Positions 20,301 to 29,984 of a stretch of DNA of 64,000 nucleotides are shown piece after piece (position 1 is the stretch's first letter; every line of letters begins with the position of its first letter). The stretch covers positions 1 through 64,000 of the IMG/VR virus record IMGVR_UViG_3300023174_000001. The stretch is one strand, 5' to 3'. This stretch comes from a virus. A program made the translations under genes and the position numbers. Under the pieces are notes generated by a model. It made no database searches and was not told the origin of the DNA. It saw nothing but the letters and a program-made list of their open reading frames with translations.

Positions 20301-22217
20301 GCAAACCCCGATGCTGCCGCTGCTTTTGAAATTTTACTGAGTACAACCCCAATTAGAGTAGATGATTCTGCCGACCTTAGTCATATGGCTCGTGTTTTGA
20401 ATAAACCAATTTATGGATTTGACTCTATAAACTCAAGTGGAAATACAAGTGCTAACACTGCCTCGACAAGTTTGTATGTTTCTAATGGGTACTGGGGAGA
20501 TTTACAGGGACATTTTTATGCAATTAGCCCTACCCCTGTTGCCACTAATACAACTACTTTTACAATAACTAACTGGCAAAGACATTCAAATGGAAATGCG
20601 ACGATAACGGTAGACAACAATTCCACTACTATAACAAGAACTTCTAATGCTGGAAAGTATATACAGTCAACTATTAATGCTAACTCTCATATGTTTATTG
20701 GGGTAAGCATTAGCAACACTACATATGGTCCACACATAAATGGAACATATGAAGTTTCAAAACTTAGTAGAAATACATTCCTAATAGACACCACAAATAC
20801 CACTGCTGTTGCTCTGCAAAGTAATAATACTTCGCTTGGAACTATAACTCTTGTAGACCCTATTATGACTAATACAAAAGCAACTTTTAGTGGGGCTTAC
20901 CTAACTGGAATAACTGGAACTGCAACTGCTGGAAGCACAACTATAAATGCCATTTCTTCAACTGCCAATATTTTTGCTGGAGACACTATTTACAGAACCG
21001 CAGGGGCAACTCTTGTCAACACTACTGTAGTTAGCGTAACTAATAGCACAGCAATCGTTGTTGCAAACTCTGCTGGAAGTTCTGGAAGCATAACATTTAG
21101 CACAAATCTGACTGTTGCCACGAGCGATGGAACTAACCATACTTATGTATTGGAAAACCTATTTCAATCAGGTCAATTAGTTGATGTAGATTCAAGCAAT
21201 GCTTCTTGGGACATTACTGGCGGAACAATTGTTTCTGCTAATGCCACTCAATTTACAATTACCCCTACTGGTACTCCTCAAGCCAATGGAAATACAAATA
21301 CTGCCGCAACTACCGCTACTTGGTCAGATAGGCAAGTCCAATTGCACAGAAATTATTTACCTTCTGAAACAGATTTATACTATGTAGTTAGACTAAGACA
21401 CGGTGTGTCTACATTTGATGAATATAAAATTACTGTGTCTGAAAACCCAAACAATATGCTGGCTGTTACCGACTTAGGTCAAGCAAAACAAATGACTTTT
21501 GTTGCTCAACAGGGCAATAGTGCTACACCTTGGACATCTGGCTTACCTATTGGCTACACAAATACTGCTGCCAATGCATCTTCTTCTTCTACTAACACAG
21601 TGACAGTTACTGAAACTCAAACCGTGTATGCCAGCGATTCTGCTTACTACGACAATTACGGTAAAGGTAGCGGGACAAGTATTCCTTATGCTTATCAATA
21701 TTATCTATATCAAGGTAATCCGGGCACTGCCTCTGGAATAAAAAAATCTGCTGTCTTGTTTCCTGCATTTGTCTTTACTGGAAAAACAGACGGTCTTACA
21801 ATTACAAAACTTGAGGTTTACTTGAGAAATAGGCACTCTTACAACTCAAGTGGGCTTACTGCTTACATAGGAGCATTTAGCGGAGCACTAGGGTCTTCAG
21901 TTCCACTAGCACTAAATGCTTGTGTCGCTACTACAACTACCTTTACTAAAGGTCAAGGTAAATGGGTACAACTTCCTCCAAGTTGGTACAGCACATTTAA
22001 AAATAGTGGCTCAGGAATTATTGGCGGTATTTTGCTAGGCGTTACTGACGAAAACCCAGACACTTACTACGACGGTATTAGTAATTATGGGTATTTTGAC
22101 GGCGTTACTTTAAATGAAGCCCCGCAATTAAGAGTTACTTTTAAATACAATGCTTCAGTCAGTGGTAATAATAGTTCTGGAGGGGGCGGCGGTGGCGGTG
22201 ACTACATTGCAATCTAG
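17352..22217 (+). CDS. Tail tip / fibre protein (GTG start inferred)
   Basis: S/T/N-rich; repeated beta-modules; C-terminal KLEVYLRNRHSYNSSG...GQGKWVQLP...PQLRVTF domain typical of actinophage minor tail proteins. Confidence 0.7.
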   Translation: MATDRSRKYRSITARIADMDKKLNSVSKNMQTATGGLADDAVSEESIQSNSITSDALQIESITADKIAPSVFENASSGIQRVPAPLTSVNYWNSAIYGNITAFTDAYFADKENKNVEATESGILFSPESNSSLVISKAQLFENGIVVLTTDVAHGYETLDYITIRNLGSPFDGQWVISNVPTTTTIVYTINQFSEDSTDVGEDSGAYVVVGGSFGTTSVSETASYKHSIIRKSFVDGVITLTLLDDTDVTSTYQTHGYEVGYTISVIGLGSPYDGVHRITYVPESQNNIVQYRVDNKTVDEFEPKISLTSAFGDGEKITYESSTNHGLSVNQIVEVSGFTTTTGYNLTGRVSGVYGSGSTFTIDSTVVPATNYPETGGTYYCKTAEITVDADAVLFLTGKNPTPTSRNVLVSWSADKPINIYAAIWVSNFPDNIFFTEIDSTKNPNVYDLTGINNYLWNIPQDITHYAIYAEVLAGGEETTLKDFYVFEAVGNADKKLHKVIGASVEPVVDDKNKITIYTDNPHPYSVGDYVILSNMEKVSDSLNDVKYEVLTVSDDKKSFVVEKPTYKLSVNTASGTFLVNTYPTQSISGKVFVAQPFTSSNTTALPNGSATALVPNTTTTNLKTGLIATLTAGSNAVTLTTGNTDGLLVGHSLVKTSGAGAFLSAGNAFVASVNALSTTQFTTTTTHNTSGSITFNSARTDTSFDSFRVSNVSGGTNTVDLTFYVPTTIVDDQTGLVATLTSGSKTVNLTTGNTNSIYVGQFLTKTSGTGAFGNSGLVYITSVNASSTTEFTVDYDHGTSGSTTFKLSSVGKVSLDASVIGGNKQGQITTISSNGLTQKTSEGGDSVNLTDDTNVDNHLSIKDVREEVVASISATGAGTFKTLDADSLSVDTDITIGSENISLVGITNATYTSFIDKKYNGNSYSGSLLDRLARGTIYQAVWLTPTANIPANAQYYGLAAGTFKLDSNRLYQVFVSSSGMRANPDAAAAFEILLSTTPIRVDDSADLSHMARVLNKPIYGFDSINSSGNTSANTASTSLYVSNGYWGDLQGHFYAISPTPVATNTTTFTITNWQRHSNGNATITVDNNSTTITRTSNAGKYIQSTINANSHMFIGVSISNTTYGPHINGTYEVSKLSRNTFLIDTTNTTAVALQSNNTSLGTITLVDPIMTNTKATFSGAYLTGITGTATAGSTTINAISSTANIFAGDTIYRTAGATLVNTTVVSVTNSTAIVVANSAGSSGSITFSTNLTVATSDGTNHTYVLENLFQSGQLVDVDSSNASWDITGGTIVSANATQFTITPTGTPQANGNTNTAATTATWSDRQVQLHRNYLPSETDLYYVVRLRHGVSTFDEYKITVSENPNNMLAVTDLGQAKQMTFVAQQGNSATPWTSGLPIGYTNTAANASSSSTNTVTVTETQTVYASDSAYYDNYGKGSGTSIPYAYQYYLYQGNPGTASGIKKSAVLFPAFVFTGKTDGLTITKLEVYLRNRHSYNSSGLTAYIGAFSGALGSSVPLALNACVATTTTFTKGQGKWVQLPPSWYSTFKNSGSGIIGGILLGVTDENPDTYYDGISNYGYFDGVTLNEAPQLRVTFKYNASVSGNNSSGGGGGGGDYIAI

Positions 22218-22245
22218 TAAAAATTTAGTTAGGTATAATTAGAGT

Positions 22246-22563
22246 ATGATTCAAGTAAATGATATAGTGCTTGCTACGCTACAAGACGGTAAGTCAATTG
22301 CTACTCAAAACTTCACCGTAACTGAAATTGACGGTACTAAGTATTTTGGCGGTGTCTTAGATTGCGATACCGACGCTGGCTGGGTAGTAGAAATTCTTAG
22401 AAAAAACATTGACAATCTTGCTCTACCTGAAACTATTTCAGAAATTAGGGCCACTGACAGAAGTAATCGTGTTCACGAATTAGTTGGTAAAGGTACTTCT
22501 TGGCGGGACTCAAATGGAAATTTATTTAATGTGGCAAACATCATTAGTTGGTCAGCGGTCTAG
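22246..22563 (+). CDS. Hypothetical protein, probably leaderless
   Basis: TATAAT 6 nt upstream of ATG. Confidence 0.6.
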   Translation: MIQVNDIVLATLQDGKSIATQNFTVTEIDGTKYFGGVLDCDTDAGWVVEILRKNIDNLALPETISEIRATDRSNRVHELVGKGTSWRDSNGNLFNVANIISWSAV

Positions 22564-22611
22564 CCACACTCTGTGTGCTAGCATTTGAGAAAGACATATG
22601 AAAGATAACAA

Positions 22612-23082
22612 ATGTATGAAGTGAAAGATGGGGCTAGAACTTTACAGTTTGATGGCACGGTTTTAGGTAAATCTTCTTCTTGGCGTAAGGGCTCTTATCG
22701 CTGGATTGAGTTTGAACTTTACAAGACCGAGAGTGGCTCTTATGTGCTATCTCGTATTGGGGTCTCGCTAATTTACCACGGTGCTGGTTGCCCATTAGTA
22801 AAAAAGTACGGTCTAAAAGAATCTTCAGTAAAAGACCTACATCAAGACGCTATCCCTTGTGAAGAGTGCTATCCAGATGAAAGCGTTGATTTAGTTTTCC
22901 CTGAAAATTACAGGTACTGGGCTCAAGTGTCAGAAGACCCTAAGGCTGTTCTTGAAGCACTTTATAAATATGATGTTGGCGGGGCTAGATACCTTACTAA
23001 TGTCGCTCAAAGACTTCTTGAGGTTGCTTCTAAGCAAGACTCAGGTATTGATTCAGTGTATAGAATAGAAGTAATCCCTTAG
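22612..23082 (+). CDS. Hypothetical protein with H/C metal-binding motif
   Basis: RWIEFELYKT..GSYVL, H...C and CEEC; upstream extended -10 motif. Confidence 0.65.
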   Translation: MYEVKDGARTLQFDGTVLGKSSSWRKGSYRWIEFELYKTESGSYVLSRIGVSLIYHGAGCPLVKKYGLKESSVKDLHQDAIPCEECYPDESVDLVFPENYRYWAQVSEDPKAVLEALYKYDVGGARYLTNVAQRLLEVASKQDSGIDSVYRIEVIP

Positions 23083-23096
23083 AGGAAGAAGTAAAT

Positions 23097-23369
23097 ATGT
23101 TGGAGCCAGAGCAAGTTCCGCCAGCCCAGCCGACTTCTTCTCTGCCTGATGATGTTGATTTGAAACATCTCTCGGTGCTTTCTATTCATATGCACGAGTT
23201 GTTCACTCACCTACAGAGACACGGTTTTAGTAAAGATGAAGCACTAACTCTTACTGGTATGGTACTGTCTTCCAATTCTTTATATAAATTTGACATCTAC
23301 TCTGACATAACTTTGGATATTGAAGATGACCAAGATTTTGGGGGTTTAGATGGCGAAGATTTTGTATAA
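23097..23369 (+). CDS. Hypothetical protein
   Basis: ORF with GAGGA RBS; HELFTHLQRHGFSKDEAL motif common in actinophage small proteins. Confidence 0.6.
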   Translation: MLEPEQVPPAQPTSSLPDDVDLKHLSVLSIHMHELFTHLQRHGFSKDEALTLTGMVLSSNSLYKFDIYSDITLDIEDDQDFGGLDGEDFV

Positions 23370-23402
23370 GTAGTAAACTCATAAAACGACGATTGGACAC
23401 AA

Positions 23403-25226
23403 ATGACAAGTGATTTGGAAAATACCCAACTACATCTAGTAAACAGCGTAGAAAAGGCTGGCAAGTTTTTGACTTGGCTGAGCCAGCGTCGCCCGTATGA
23501 TGCTATTGCTATTGACACCGAAACTGGTGAACTTCCTGGTCGCCCACGCAAGGATGCTTTATCTCCTTGGCACGGCAGATTACGCTTAGTCCAAGTTGGC
23601 GATGGTGAGCAAGGCTGGTCTATCCCTTGGGATGAATGGTCTGGTGTTTTTTATCAAGCAATGGACAGATTTGATGGTCAGATTGTTTGCCACAACATTG
23701 CGTTTGAGGCTAAATGGTTTGAAATGCAATCTCGCTGGTCTATGCCTTGGCATCGTGCCCACGACACAATGATTATGTCGCAGATTATTGACCCTATTGG
23801 TTCTGCTGCTCTAAAGAAACTTACATCTCAATATGTGGATTCAAGGGCTGCTGCTCTCCAAACTGGGTTAGATAATGCCCTACACGAAAACGGTTGGACT
23901 TGGGGAACCGTGCCTGTCAACTTCGAGCCTTACTGGTCTTATGGTGCTTTGGACACCGTTCTTACTATGAAACTGTTTGAGCAGTTTTGGGAGAAGTGTG
24001 GTCCAGGCCAGATTTATTCAGTACCTTATGAATTAGAAATGGCTACTCGCAAGATTGCTACTCGTATGGAACTCAACGGTGCTCGTGTAGACCTTGACTA
24101 TTCACAAAAAAAGTTTGATGAACTAAACCAATACGGAGAGCGTGTTCGTAAATGGGGGCAAGAAACCTACGGTATGTCTATCACTAGCAACATTCAACTT
24201 GTCCGTCAGTTAGAAAAGATGGGTGCTGACATTATTGAAACCACTCCTAGTGGGCAGAAGTCAGCGTCTAAAGACCAACTAAAGATGCTGGTCCGTGATG
24301 GCTCTCCTGAAGTTCAACAACTGGCTGACATTGTTTTGAAACAACGCAAGGCTGACAAGTTGGCTAACACTTACTTCAAGAACTTTCTTGAGGGCAATAT
24401 CAATGGAATTGTCCATCCGTCTATTCGTACCCTTGCGGCAAGAACTGGTCGTATGTCAATTACCGAACCTGCTCTACAGACTTTGCCATCTGGCGATGCC
24501 ACTGTTCGTCGTGCTTTTATCCCTAAAGATGAAGACCACCTAATCATCTCTTCCGACCTTGACCAAGTTGAGTTCCGTCTAACTGCTAACTTTAGCCAAG
24601 ACCAAGACCTAATCAACCTATTCAATGAAGCAGACCGCACTGGCGGAGATGTGTTTACTGAAATTATGCGTCAGGTTTATCAAGACCCTACTGCTCAGAA
24701 GTCGGACAACCGACGCAAACTTATCAAGGGTGTAGTTTATGGAAAGTTGTATGGTGCTGGCGTAACTACTATGGCACTAACGGCTGGGGTAGCAGACGCT
24801 CAAATGAAACCTGTTGTTGACGCTTTTGATACCAGTTATCCAGGTGTTCGTTTTATGGCTCAGGCTATTGAAGATGCTGGTATGCGTCGCCTACGCTCGG
24901 AGGGTGTTGGTTATGTAAAAACTAAGACTGGTCGTAGATTGCCTTGCGATGATGACCGTGTGTATTCGCTAACTAATTATTTGATTCAAGCAAGTGCTGC
25001 TGAAATTTTTAAGCAAAACTTGGTAAAACTTGACCAAGCCGATTTGACAGAGTATCTTATTGTCCCTGTACACGATGAAATTGTTCTCAATGTTCCAAGA
25101 GAGGGTTACCAAGAAATTATGGAAACTGTAAAGCAATGTATGACTACAACAGATGGTTGGGCAGTGCCTTTGACTGCTGGTGTAGATGGTCCTTTTGAAA
25201 ATTGGGGTAGTAAGTACGATGCCTAA
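23403..25226 (+). CDS. polA: DNA polymerase family A (3'-5' exonuclease + polymerase)
   Basis: ExoI DTET, HNIAFE, RTGRMS, motif A DLDQVEFR, motif B RRKLIKGVVYGKLYG, motif C VHDEI. Confidence 0.95.
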   Translation: MTSDLENTQLHLVNSVEKAGKFLTWLSQRRPYDAIAIDTETGELPGRPRKDALSPWHGRLRLVQVGDGEQGWSIPWDEWSGVFYQAMDRFDGQIVCHNIAFEAKWFEMQSRWSMPWHRAHDTMIMSQIIDPIGSAALKKLTSQYVDSRAAALQTGLDNALHENGWTWGTVPVNFEPYWSYGALDTVLTMKLFEQFWEKCGPGQIYSVPYELEMATRKIATRMELNGARVDLDYSQKKFDELNQYGERVRKWGQETYGMSITSNIQLVRQLEKMGADIIETTPSGQKSASKDQLKMLVRDGSPEVQQLADIVLKQRKADKLANTYFKNFLEGNINGIVHPSIRTLAARTGRMSITEPALQTLPSGDATVRRAFIPKDEDHLIISSDLDQVEFRLTANFSQDQDLINLFNEADRTGGDVFTEIMRQVYQDPTAQKSDNRRKLIKGVVYGKLYGAGVTTMALTAGVADAQMKPVVDAFDTSYPGVRFMAQAIEDAGMRRLRSEGVGYVKTKTGRRLPCDDDRVYSLTNYLIQASAAEIFKQNLVKLDQADLTEYLIVPVHDEIVLNVPREGYQEIMETVKQCMTTTDGWAVPLTAGVDGPFENWGSKYDA

Positions 25227-25689
25227 GCGTTTGATTCTTTCAGTAGACCCTGGTAAAGCCAGTGGTATTTGCTTATTTGAATATGAGAATGGTAGAGAGC
25301 CAAAACTTGTTTGGTCTGGTGAATACCAACAAAATCAATATGCCGAGCCAATTAGAAATGCTCTACGCTCTTCAATCGAGTTCTCTATGCCTATTGAAAT
25401 TGTATGCGAAAGATTCACCATCAACGCACAAACCGTAAGAAACTCTCAAGCACCTTATTCCTTAGAGCAAATCGGTATTTTAAAACAGATTTTGCTGGAC
25501 CACGGTAAGAATCCAGAAGATATAATACTTCAATCACCTGCTGATGCTAAAGCAATGTTTAGCAATGAAAAACTCAAAACACTTGGGTTTTGGCACAAAG
25601 GTGGCGAAGGTCACGCACTTGACGCAATTAGACACGCCGTGCTACGATTAGTGAAAATTGGTTGGATTCCCAGCAAATTGTTGGAATAA
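25219..25689 (+). CDS. RuvC-like Holliday junction resolvase
   Basis: ILSVDPGKASG, IVCERF, HALDAIRH RNase H-fold motifs; ATG at 25219 preferred. Confidence 0.8.
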   Translation: MPKRLILSVDPGKASGICLFEYENGREPKLVWSGEYQQNQYAEPIRNALRSSIEFSMPIEIVCERFTINAQTVRNSQAPYSLEQIGILKQILLDHGKNPEDIILQSPADAKAMFSNEKLKTLGFWHKGGEGHALDAIRHAVLRLVKIGWIPSKLLE

Positions 25690-25768
25690 TTAGAGATACT
25701 AGCAAGAAACTACAAATAACTTTCTGCTTTCTGTGCTAGTATGTAAGTAATGACGAAAGGAAAACCCT

Positions 25769-27592
25769 ATGACTATTAGTGTGGAATTAGACACTACTGG
25801 CTCAGACATCATTATTGATGCTGATTGGCGTTTCAAAGAACTGTGTAAAAGTCTGCCTGGAGCGACTTTTGATGGTTCTATAAGTAAATGGAAAGTACCA
25901 GTATCTTGGTCTGCTTGTTTGGCACTACGCTCAACATTCAAGGAAGAACTTGTTCTTGGAGATGCTCTAAAGGCTTGGGCATCAAACGAGCGTGCTACAC
26001 GCATTGACCCTGCTATGGCTCTGCGTGATTTAGAGTCTTTGCCTGATGGCGAAACTGGAAACGAAGACTTATTCCCACATCAGCGTGCTGGCGTAAAGTA
26101 CCTATCTGTCGCTAAGCGTGCTTTGCTTGCTGACGAGCCGGGTCTTGGTAAAACTGCTCAGGCTATTCGTGGTCTAAAACAAATTCAAGAAAATGGCGAT
26201 GATGTATTTCCAGCAATGATTGTTTGCCCTAACACTTTGAAGAAGAACTGGAAACGAGAGTTTGCTAAGTGGTGGCCAGAAGTAAAGGTACAAATTATTT
26301 TTGGTACTGCTACTCAGCGTCGTAAGCAATTTGAAGAACCAGCAGATATTTATATCATCAACTGGGAGTCTCTACGCTCACACTCACGCCTAGCACCGTA
26401 CGGTTCAATTGCTCTTGCTCGCTGTAAGGCTTGTAAGGGACACGATGACCGTATCACTGAAAACAAGTGTGAAGTTCACGAGCGTGAACTAAACCGTATT
26501 GATTTCAAGGCTGTTGTAGCCGATGAAATGCACCGCTCAAAGGACCCTAAGTCTAAGCAGAGCCGTGCTCTATTTGCTGCCACTGGTGATGCTGATATTC
26601 GTTTTGCCCTTACTGGCACACCTATGGCAAACAATGTGCTTGATATGTGGGCAATTCTTCACTGGATTAGTCCTAGAGAATTTCCTACCAAGACCAAGTG
26701 GATTGACCGTATGGTAAATACAATGCTCAATGCGTTTGGTGGAATGATGGTTCTTGGTCTAAAGCCACATATGGAAGAAGAGTTCCACAAGACTGTTGAC
26801 CCGCTTATGCGTAGAATGTTGAAATCTCGCGTGTTGCCTTGGCTACCTGAGATGATGTTTGAGCGTCGTGATGTAGAGATGTCTACTAAGCAAGCAAAGG
26901 CTTATGCTCAAATGCGTGACAATATGATTGCGTTGCTTGAAGACCCGTCTGGAAGTGCTGACACTTTAGTGGCACCTAGCGTTCTTACTCAGACTACCCG
27001 CCTACTTCAGTTTGCTAGTTCTTATGCTGAACTAACAACAGATGGAAAGACTGGTGAGCCTAAGGCAACTTTGTCAGCCCCGTCTTGTAAGGTTGATGCT
27101 CTTATGGATGATATTAAAAATGGAGACTTTGGAGACGATAGCGTTGCTGTCTGTGCCGTATCTCGTCAGTTGCTAGAACTTCTTAGTGAAGAACTAGACA
27201 AGGCTAAAATTCCACACGGAATGATTACTGGTGCTAAGTCTGAAGACGAGCGTCAGGAGGCAATTGATGATTTTCAGTCTGGTCGTATTAAGTGGATTCT
27301 GTTTACCGATAAGGCTGGTGGTGTTGGAGTTACTTTGACCGCAGCACGCCGTTTGGTTATGCTACAAAGACCTTGGTCTCTTGTAGACCACAAGCAAGCA
27401 CTTGACCGTGTTCACCGCATTGGTTCTGAGATTCACGATTCAGTAATCATTATGGATTATGTTACTGAGGGAACAATTGAAGAGCGTGTTATCCAAGTTC
27501 TTGAAACTAAGGCTGATAACTTTGAGCAGATTGTTCGCGATAAGAGTAAGTTATTAGAGTTGCTAAAAGATGACAAAGCAGGTAAGTTGTAA
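25769..27592 (+). CDS. SNF2-family helicase
   Basis: LADEPGLGKT, DEMH, LTGTP, GVGVTLT, QALDRVHRIG. Confidence 0.92.
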   Translation: MTISVELDTTGSDIIIDADWRFKELCKSLPGATFDGSISKWKVPVSWSACLALRSTFKEELVLGDALKAWASNERATRIDPAMALRDLESLPDGETGNEDLFPHQRAGVKYLSVAKRALLADEPGLGKTAQAIRGLKQIQENGDDVFPAMIVCPNTLKKNWKREFAKWWPEVKVQIIFGTATQRRKQFEEPADIYIINWESLRSHSRLAPYGSIALARCKACKGHDDRITENKCEVHERELNRIDFKAVVADEMHRSKDPKSKQSRALFAATGDADIRFALTGTPMANNVLDMWAILHWISPREFPTKTKWIDRMVNTMLNAFGGMMVLGLKPHMEEEFHKTVDPLMRRMLKSRVLPWLPEMMFERRDVEMSTKQAKAYAQMRDNMIALLEDPSGSADTLVAPSVLTQTTRLLQFASSYAELTTDGKTGEPKATLSAPSCKVDALMDDIKNGDFGDDSVAVCAVSRQLLELLSEELDKAKIPHGMITGAKSEDERQEAIDDFQSGRIKWILFTDKAGGVGVTLTAARRLVMLQRPWSLVDHKQALDRVHRIGSEIHDSVIIMDYVTEGTIEERVIQVLETKADNFEQIVRDKSKLLELLKDDKAGKL

Positions 27593-27594
27593 AT

Positions 27595-28575
27595 ATGAAT
27601 GACAAAACTACAAACGAAGTAGAAATTTCCGTTGAAGAAAAGAAGCCTTACACGCTTTCTAACTCGGAAATTCAAGTATTCAAAGATTGTCGTCGCAAGT
27701 GGTGGCTCGGTTATTACCGTCGCCTACAGCCACGCCAAAAACAATTTACTGGTGCTCTTGCCTTAGGTTCTCGTGTTCACGAGGCTTTGGATATGCACTA
27801 CTCAAGTGGACAAGACTTGCTAGAGGCTCACTCACAACTTGTAGAGCGGGACATAGCAAAACTTGTTGCTGAGTATCGTGATACTTATGACCTTGAGGCA
27901 GAAGCCGAACTAGGTCGCATTATGCTTGAGGGCTATCTTGAGTGGATGGCAACCGAAGGTATTGATGCTGACCTCGAAATGATTTCTACTGAAGAGATTA
28001 TTCAGATGCCATTGTTTGATGGCGAAGTTGTTCTTCAAGGTAAGTTGGATATGCGTGTTCGTCGTAAGTCTGATGGCGTGCGTATGTTCCGTGACTTCAA
28101 AACTGTTGGTGGTTCGTTTGCGGATTTTGCTAACCAAGCACAGATGAATGAACAGATTCTTACTTATATGCTTTTGGAATCTGCCCAGAACAAAAAACCT
28201 GAAGAACGCTCCGAGGGCGGTATCTTCACTATGCTAAAAAAAGTAAAGCGAACAGCAAATGCTCGCCCACCGTTCTACGAGCAGATTGAAGTCCGCCACA
28301 ACCAGTACACAATGCGTTCTTTCTGGCAAAGAATTCACGGTACTATCTCTGACCTAATGGGTGTCAAAAAAAATCTTGATGCTGGGGCAGACCCTAATTT
28401 TGTCGCTTACCCAAGTCCCGGCAAGGACTGCAAGTGGAAGTGTCAGTTCTACACTATTTGCCCGCTTATCGACGACGGTTCCGCCGCCGAGGCAGCAATC
28501 AGTGAGATGTACGAGGTCGCCGACCCGTATGGTTATTACAAATCAGAAGACGAAAAGAAAGGTAGTGAGAACTAA
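27595..28575 (+). CDS. Cas4/RecB-like PD-(D/E)XK exonuclease
   Basis: SNSEI..FKDCRRKW, GKLD..DFKT, Q...Y, C.WKC.F..IC cysteine cluster. Confidence 0.85.
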   Translation: MNDKTTNEVEISVEEKKPYTLSNSEIQVFKDCRRKWWLGYYRRLQPRQKQFTGALALGSRVHEALDMHYSSGQDLLEAHSQLVERDIAKLVAEYRDTYDLEAEAELGRIMLEGYLEWMATEGIDADLEMISTEEIIQMPLFDGEVVLQGKLDMRVRRKSDGVRMFRDFKTVGGSFADFANQAQMNEQILTYMLLESAQNKKPEERSEGGIFTMLKKVKRTANARPPFYEQIEVRHNQYTMRSFWQRIHGTISDLMGVKKNLDAGADPNFVAYPSPGKDCKWKCQFYTICPLIDDGSAAEAAISEMYEVADPYGYYKSEDEKKGSEN

Positions 28576-29333
28576 TGTCACAAGTACATCGTTCCCTAAC
28601 TCTTATGGTCTATGGCGAGTCAAAGGTTGGTAAATCAACTTTTGCTGTCACAGCACCATACCCTCGCCTAATGCTAGATGTTGAGGGTGGACACCGTTTC
28701 CTACCTATCAATGTGAAGTATTGGGACCCAATGCGTGAAGAGCCACCTGTGGCTGACGGCACTTGGGACACCGTAGTTGTTCAGGTTCGTGACTACGATG
28801 TAGTCCTAAAAGCGTTCCAGTGGCTACAGTCAGGTAAGCACCAGTTCAAGTCGCTTATCATTGACTCCATTTCAGAACTTCAAGTGAAGTGTATGGACAA
28901 CATCGCTGGTACAGAGCAGATGAAGATGCAACAGTGGGGTGAACTACTTCGCCACATGGGGCACCTACTTCGTGACTTGCGTGACCTTACTTCGCACCCT
29001 ACTCAGCCGTTAGAGGCTGTGGTTATGACTGCTATGGCTAGCCGTGGTCAGGATAACCGTATGCACCCTTATCTACAAGGTCAGTTGAAAGTTCAGGCAC
29101 CGTATTTCTACGATGTCCTTGGCTACATCTCTAACGAAACTATTCCAAACCCAGACCCAACTCAATTGCCTTACAAGGCACGCCGTATGTATGTGGAACG
29201 CACGGATGAAGTTGAGGCTGGAGAGCGTGTTCAAGGTCGTCTTGGTGCTATTGTTGAGCAAGAAAACCTTGGCGTTGAGCGTATGCTCGATATGATTTTC
29301 GGTGTAAAGACCGAGAAAAAGAAGTCGGCTTAG
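28575..29333 (+). CDS. Sak4-like AAA ATPase (single-strand annealing)
   Basis: YGESKVGKST Walker A, LDVEGG, IIDSISE; typical nuclease-Sak4-SSB synteny. Confidence 0.8.
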   Translation: MSQVHRSLTLMVYGESKVGKSTFAVTAPYPRLMLDVEGGHRFLPINVKYWDPMREEPPVADGTWDTVVVQVRDYDVVLKAFQWLQSGKHQFKSLIIDSISELQVKCMDNIAGTEQMKMQQWGELLRHMGHLLRDLRDLTSHPTQPLEAVVMTAMASRGQDNRMHPYLQGQLKVQAPYFYDVLGYISNETIPNPDPTQLPYKARRMYVERTDEVEAGERVQGRLGAIVEQENLGVERMLDMIFGVKTEKKKSA

Positions 29334-29378
29334 GAAACTAACCGATTTATTCAACCCCCTATAAATTAAGGAGATGCT

Positions 29379-29909
29379 ATGAGTAGCATTAACTGGGCTG
29401 ATTTAGTAAAGGATGCTGGAGAATCTTCCAGCGGAAATTACGAGCCGTTGCCCAACGGCGATTATGACCTCAAGGTAATTGAGGTAAAAGCAACAGTCAC
29501 CGCTAGCGGTAAGACTATGTTCAAGTTGACTACGGAAGTTCAGGGTGGTGCTTATAACAAGCGTCGCGTCTGGGACAACCTAGTTATCTCTCCAGAAAAC
29601 AAGAACGCCTTGGCTATCTTCTTCGGAAAGATGGCTGCCCTAGGACTTCCTCGTGAGTTCTTCAACAACAACCCATCAAACGCTCAGATTGAGGCATCTC
29701 TTGATGGCAAGTTGTTCCGTGCTCAGGTTGGCTCAAGAGAGTGGCAAGGTAGCAAGCGTAATGAACTAACTAAGTATTATGTTCAGGCTTCTCAGGTTGC
29801 TACTCCAGTTGCTACAACTGCTGGTGCTGCGGTTCCACCGCCACCACCTGCTCCAGCCCCTGCACCTGCTGGCGTTCCACTATCTGCTCCAGCAGACGCT
29901 CCTTTCTAG
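29379..29909 (+). CDS. DUF669-like single-stranded DNA-binding protein
   Basis: YEPLPNGDYD, SGKTMF, VWDNLV, Pro/Ala-rich linker and terminal APF. Confidence 0.8.
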   Translation: MSSINWADLVKDAGESSSGNYEPLPNGDYDLKVIEVKATVTASGKTMFKLTTEVQGGAYNKRRVWDNLVISPENKNALAIFFGKMAALGLPREFFNNNPSNAQIEASLDGKLFRAQVGSREWQGSKRNELTKYYVQASQVATPVATTAGAAVPPPPPAPAPAPAGVPLSAPADAPF

Positions 29910-29918
29910 GAACCTATT

Positions 29919-29966
29919 AAGAGGGACATCGCCCGCTATAATTAGTGGTGGGCGGTGTCCCTTTTT
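29919..29966 (+). terminator. Intrinsic terminator after SSB
   Basis: AAGAGGGACATCGCCCGCTA...TGGGCGGTGTCCCTTTTT long stem plus T tract. Confidence 0.75.
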
Positions 29967-29984
29967 ACATATACAAATAAGGAA

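Noticed and set aside
27595-28575. CRISPR-Cas system suggested by Cas4-like nuclease
   Set aside because: No array or other cas genes; standard phage nuclease-Sak4-SSB context
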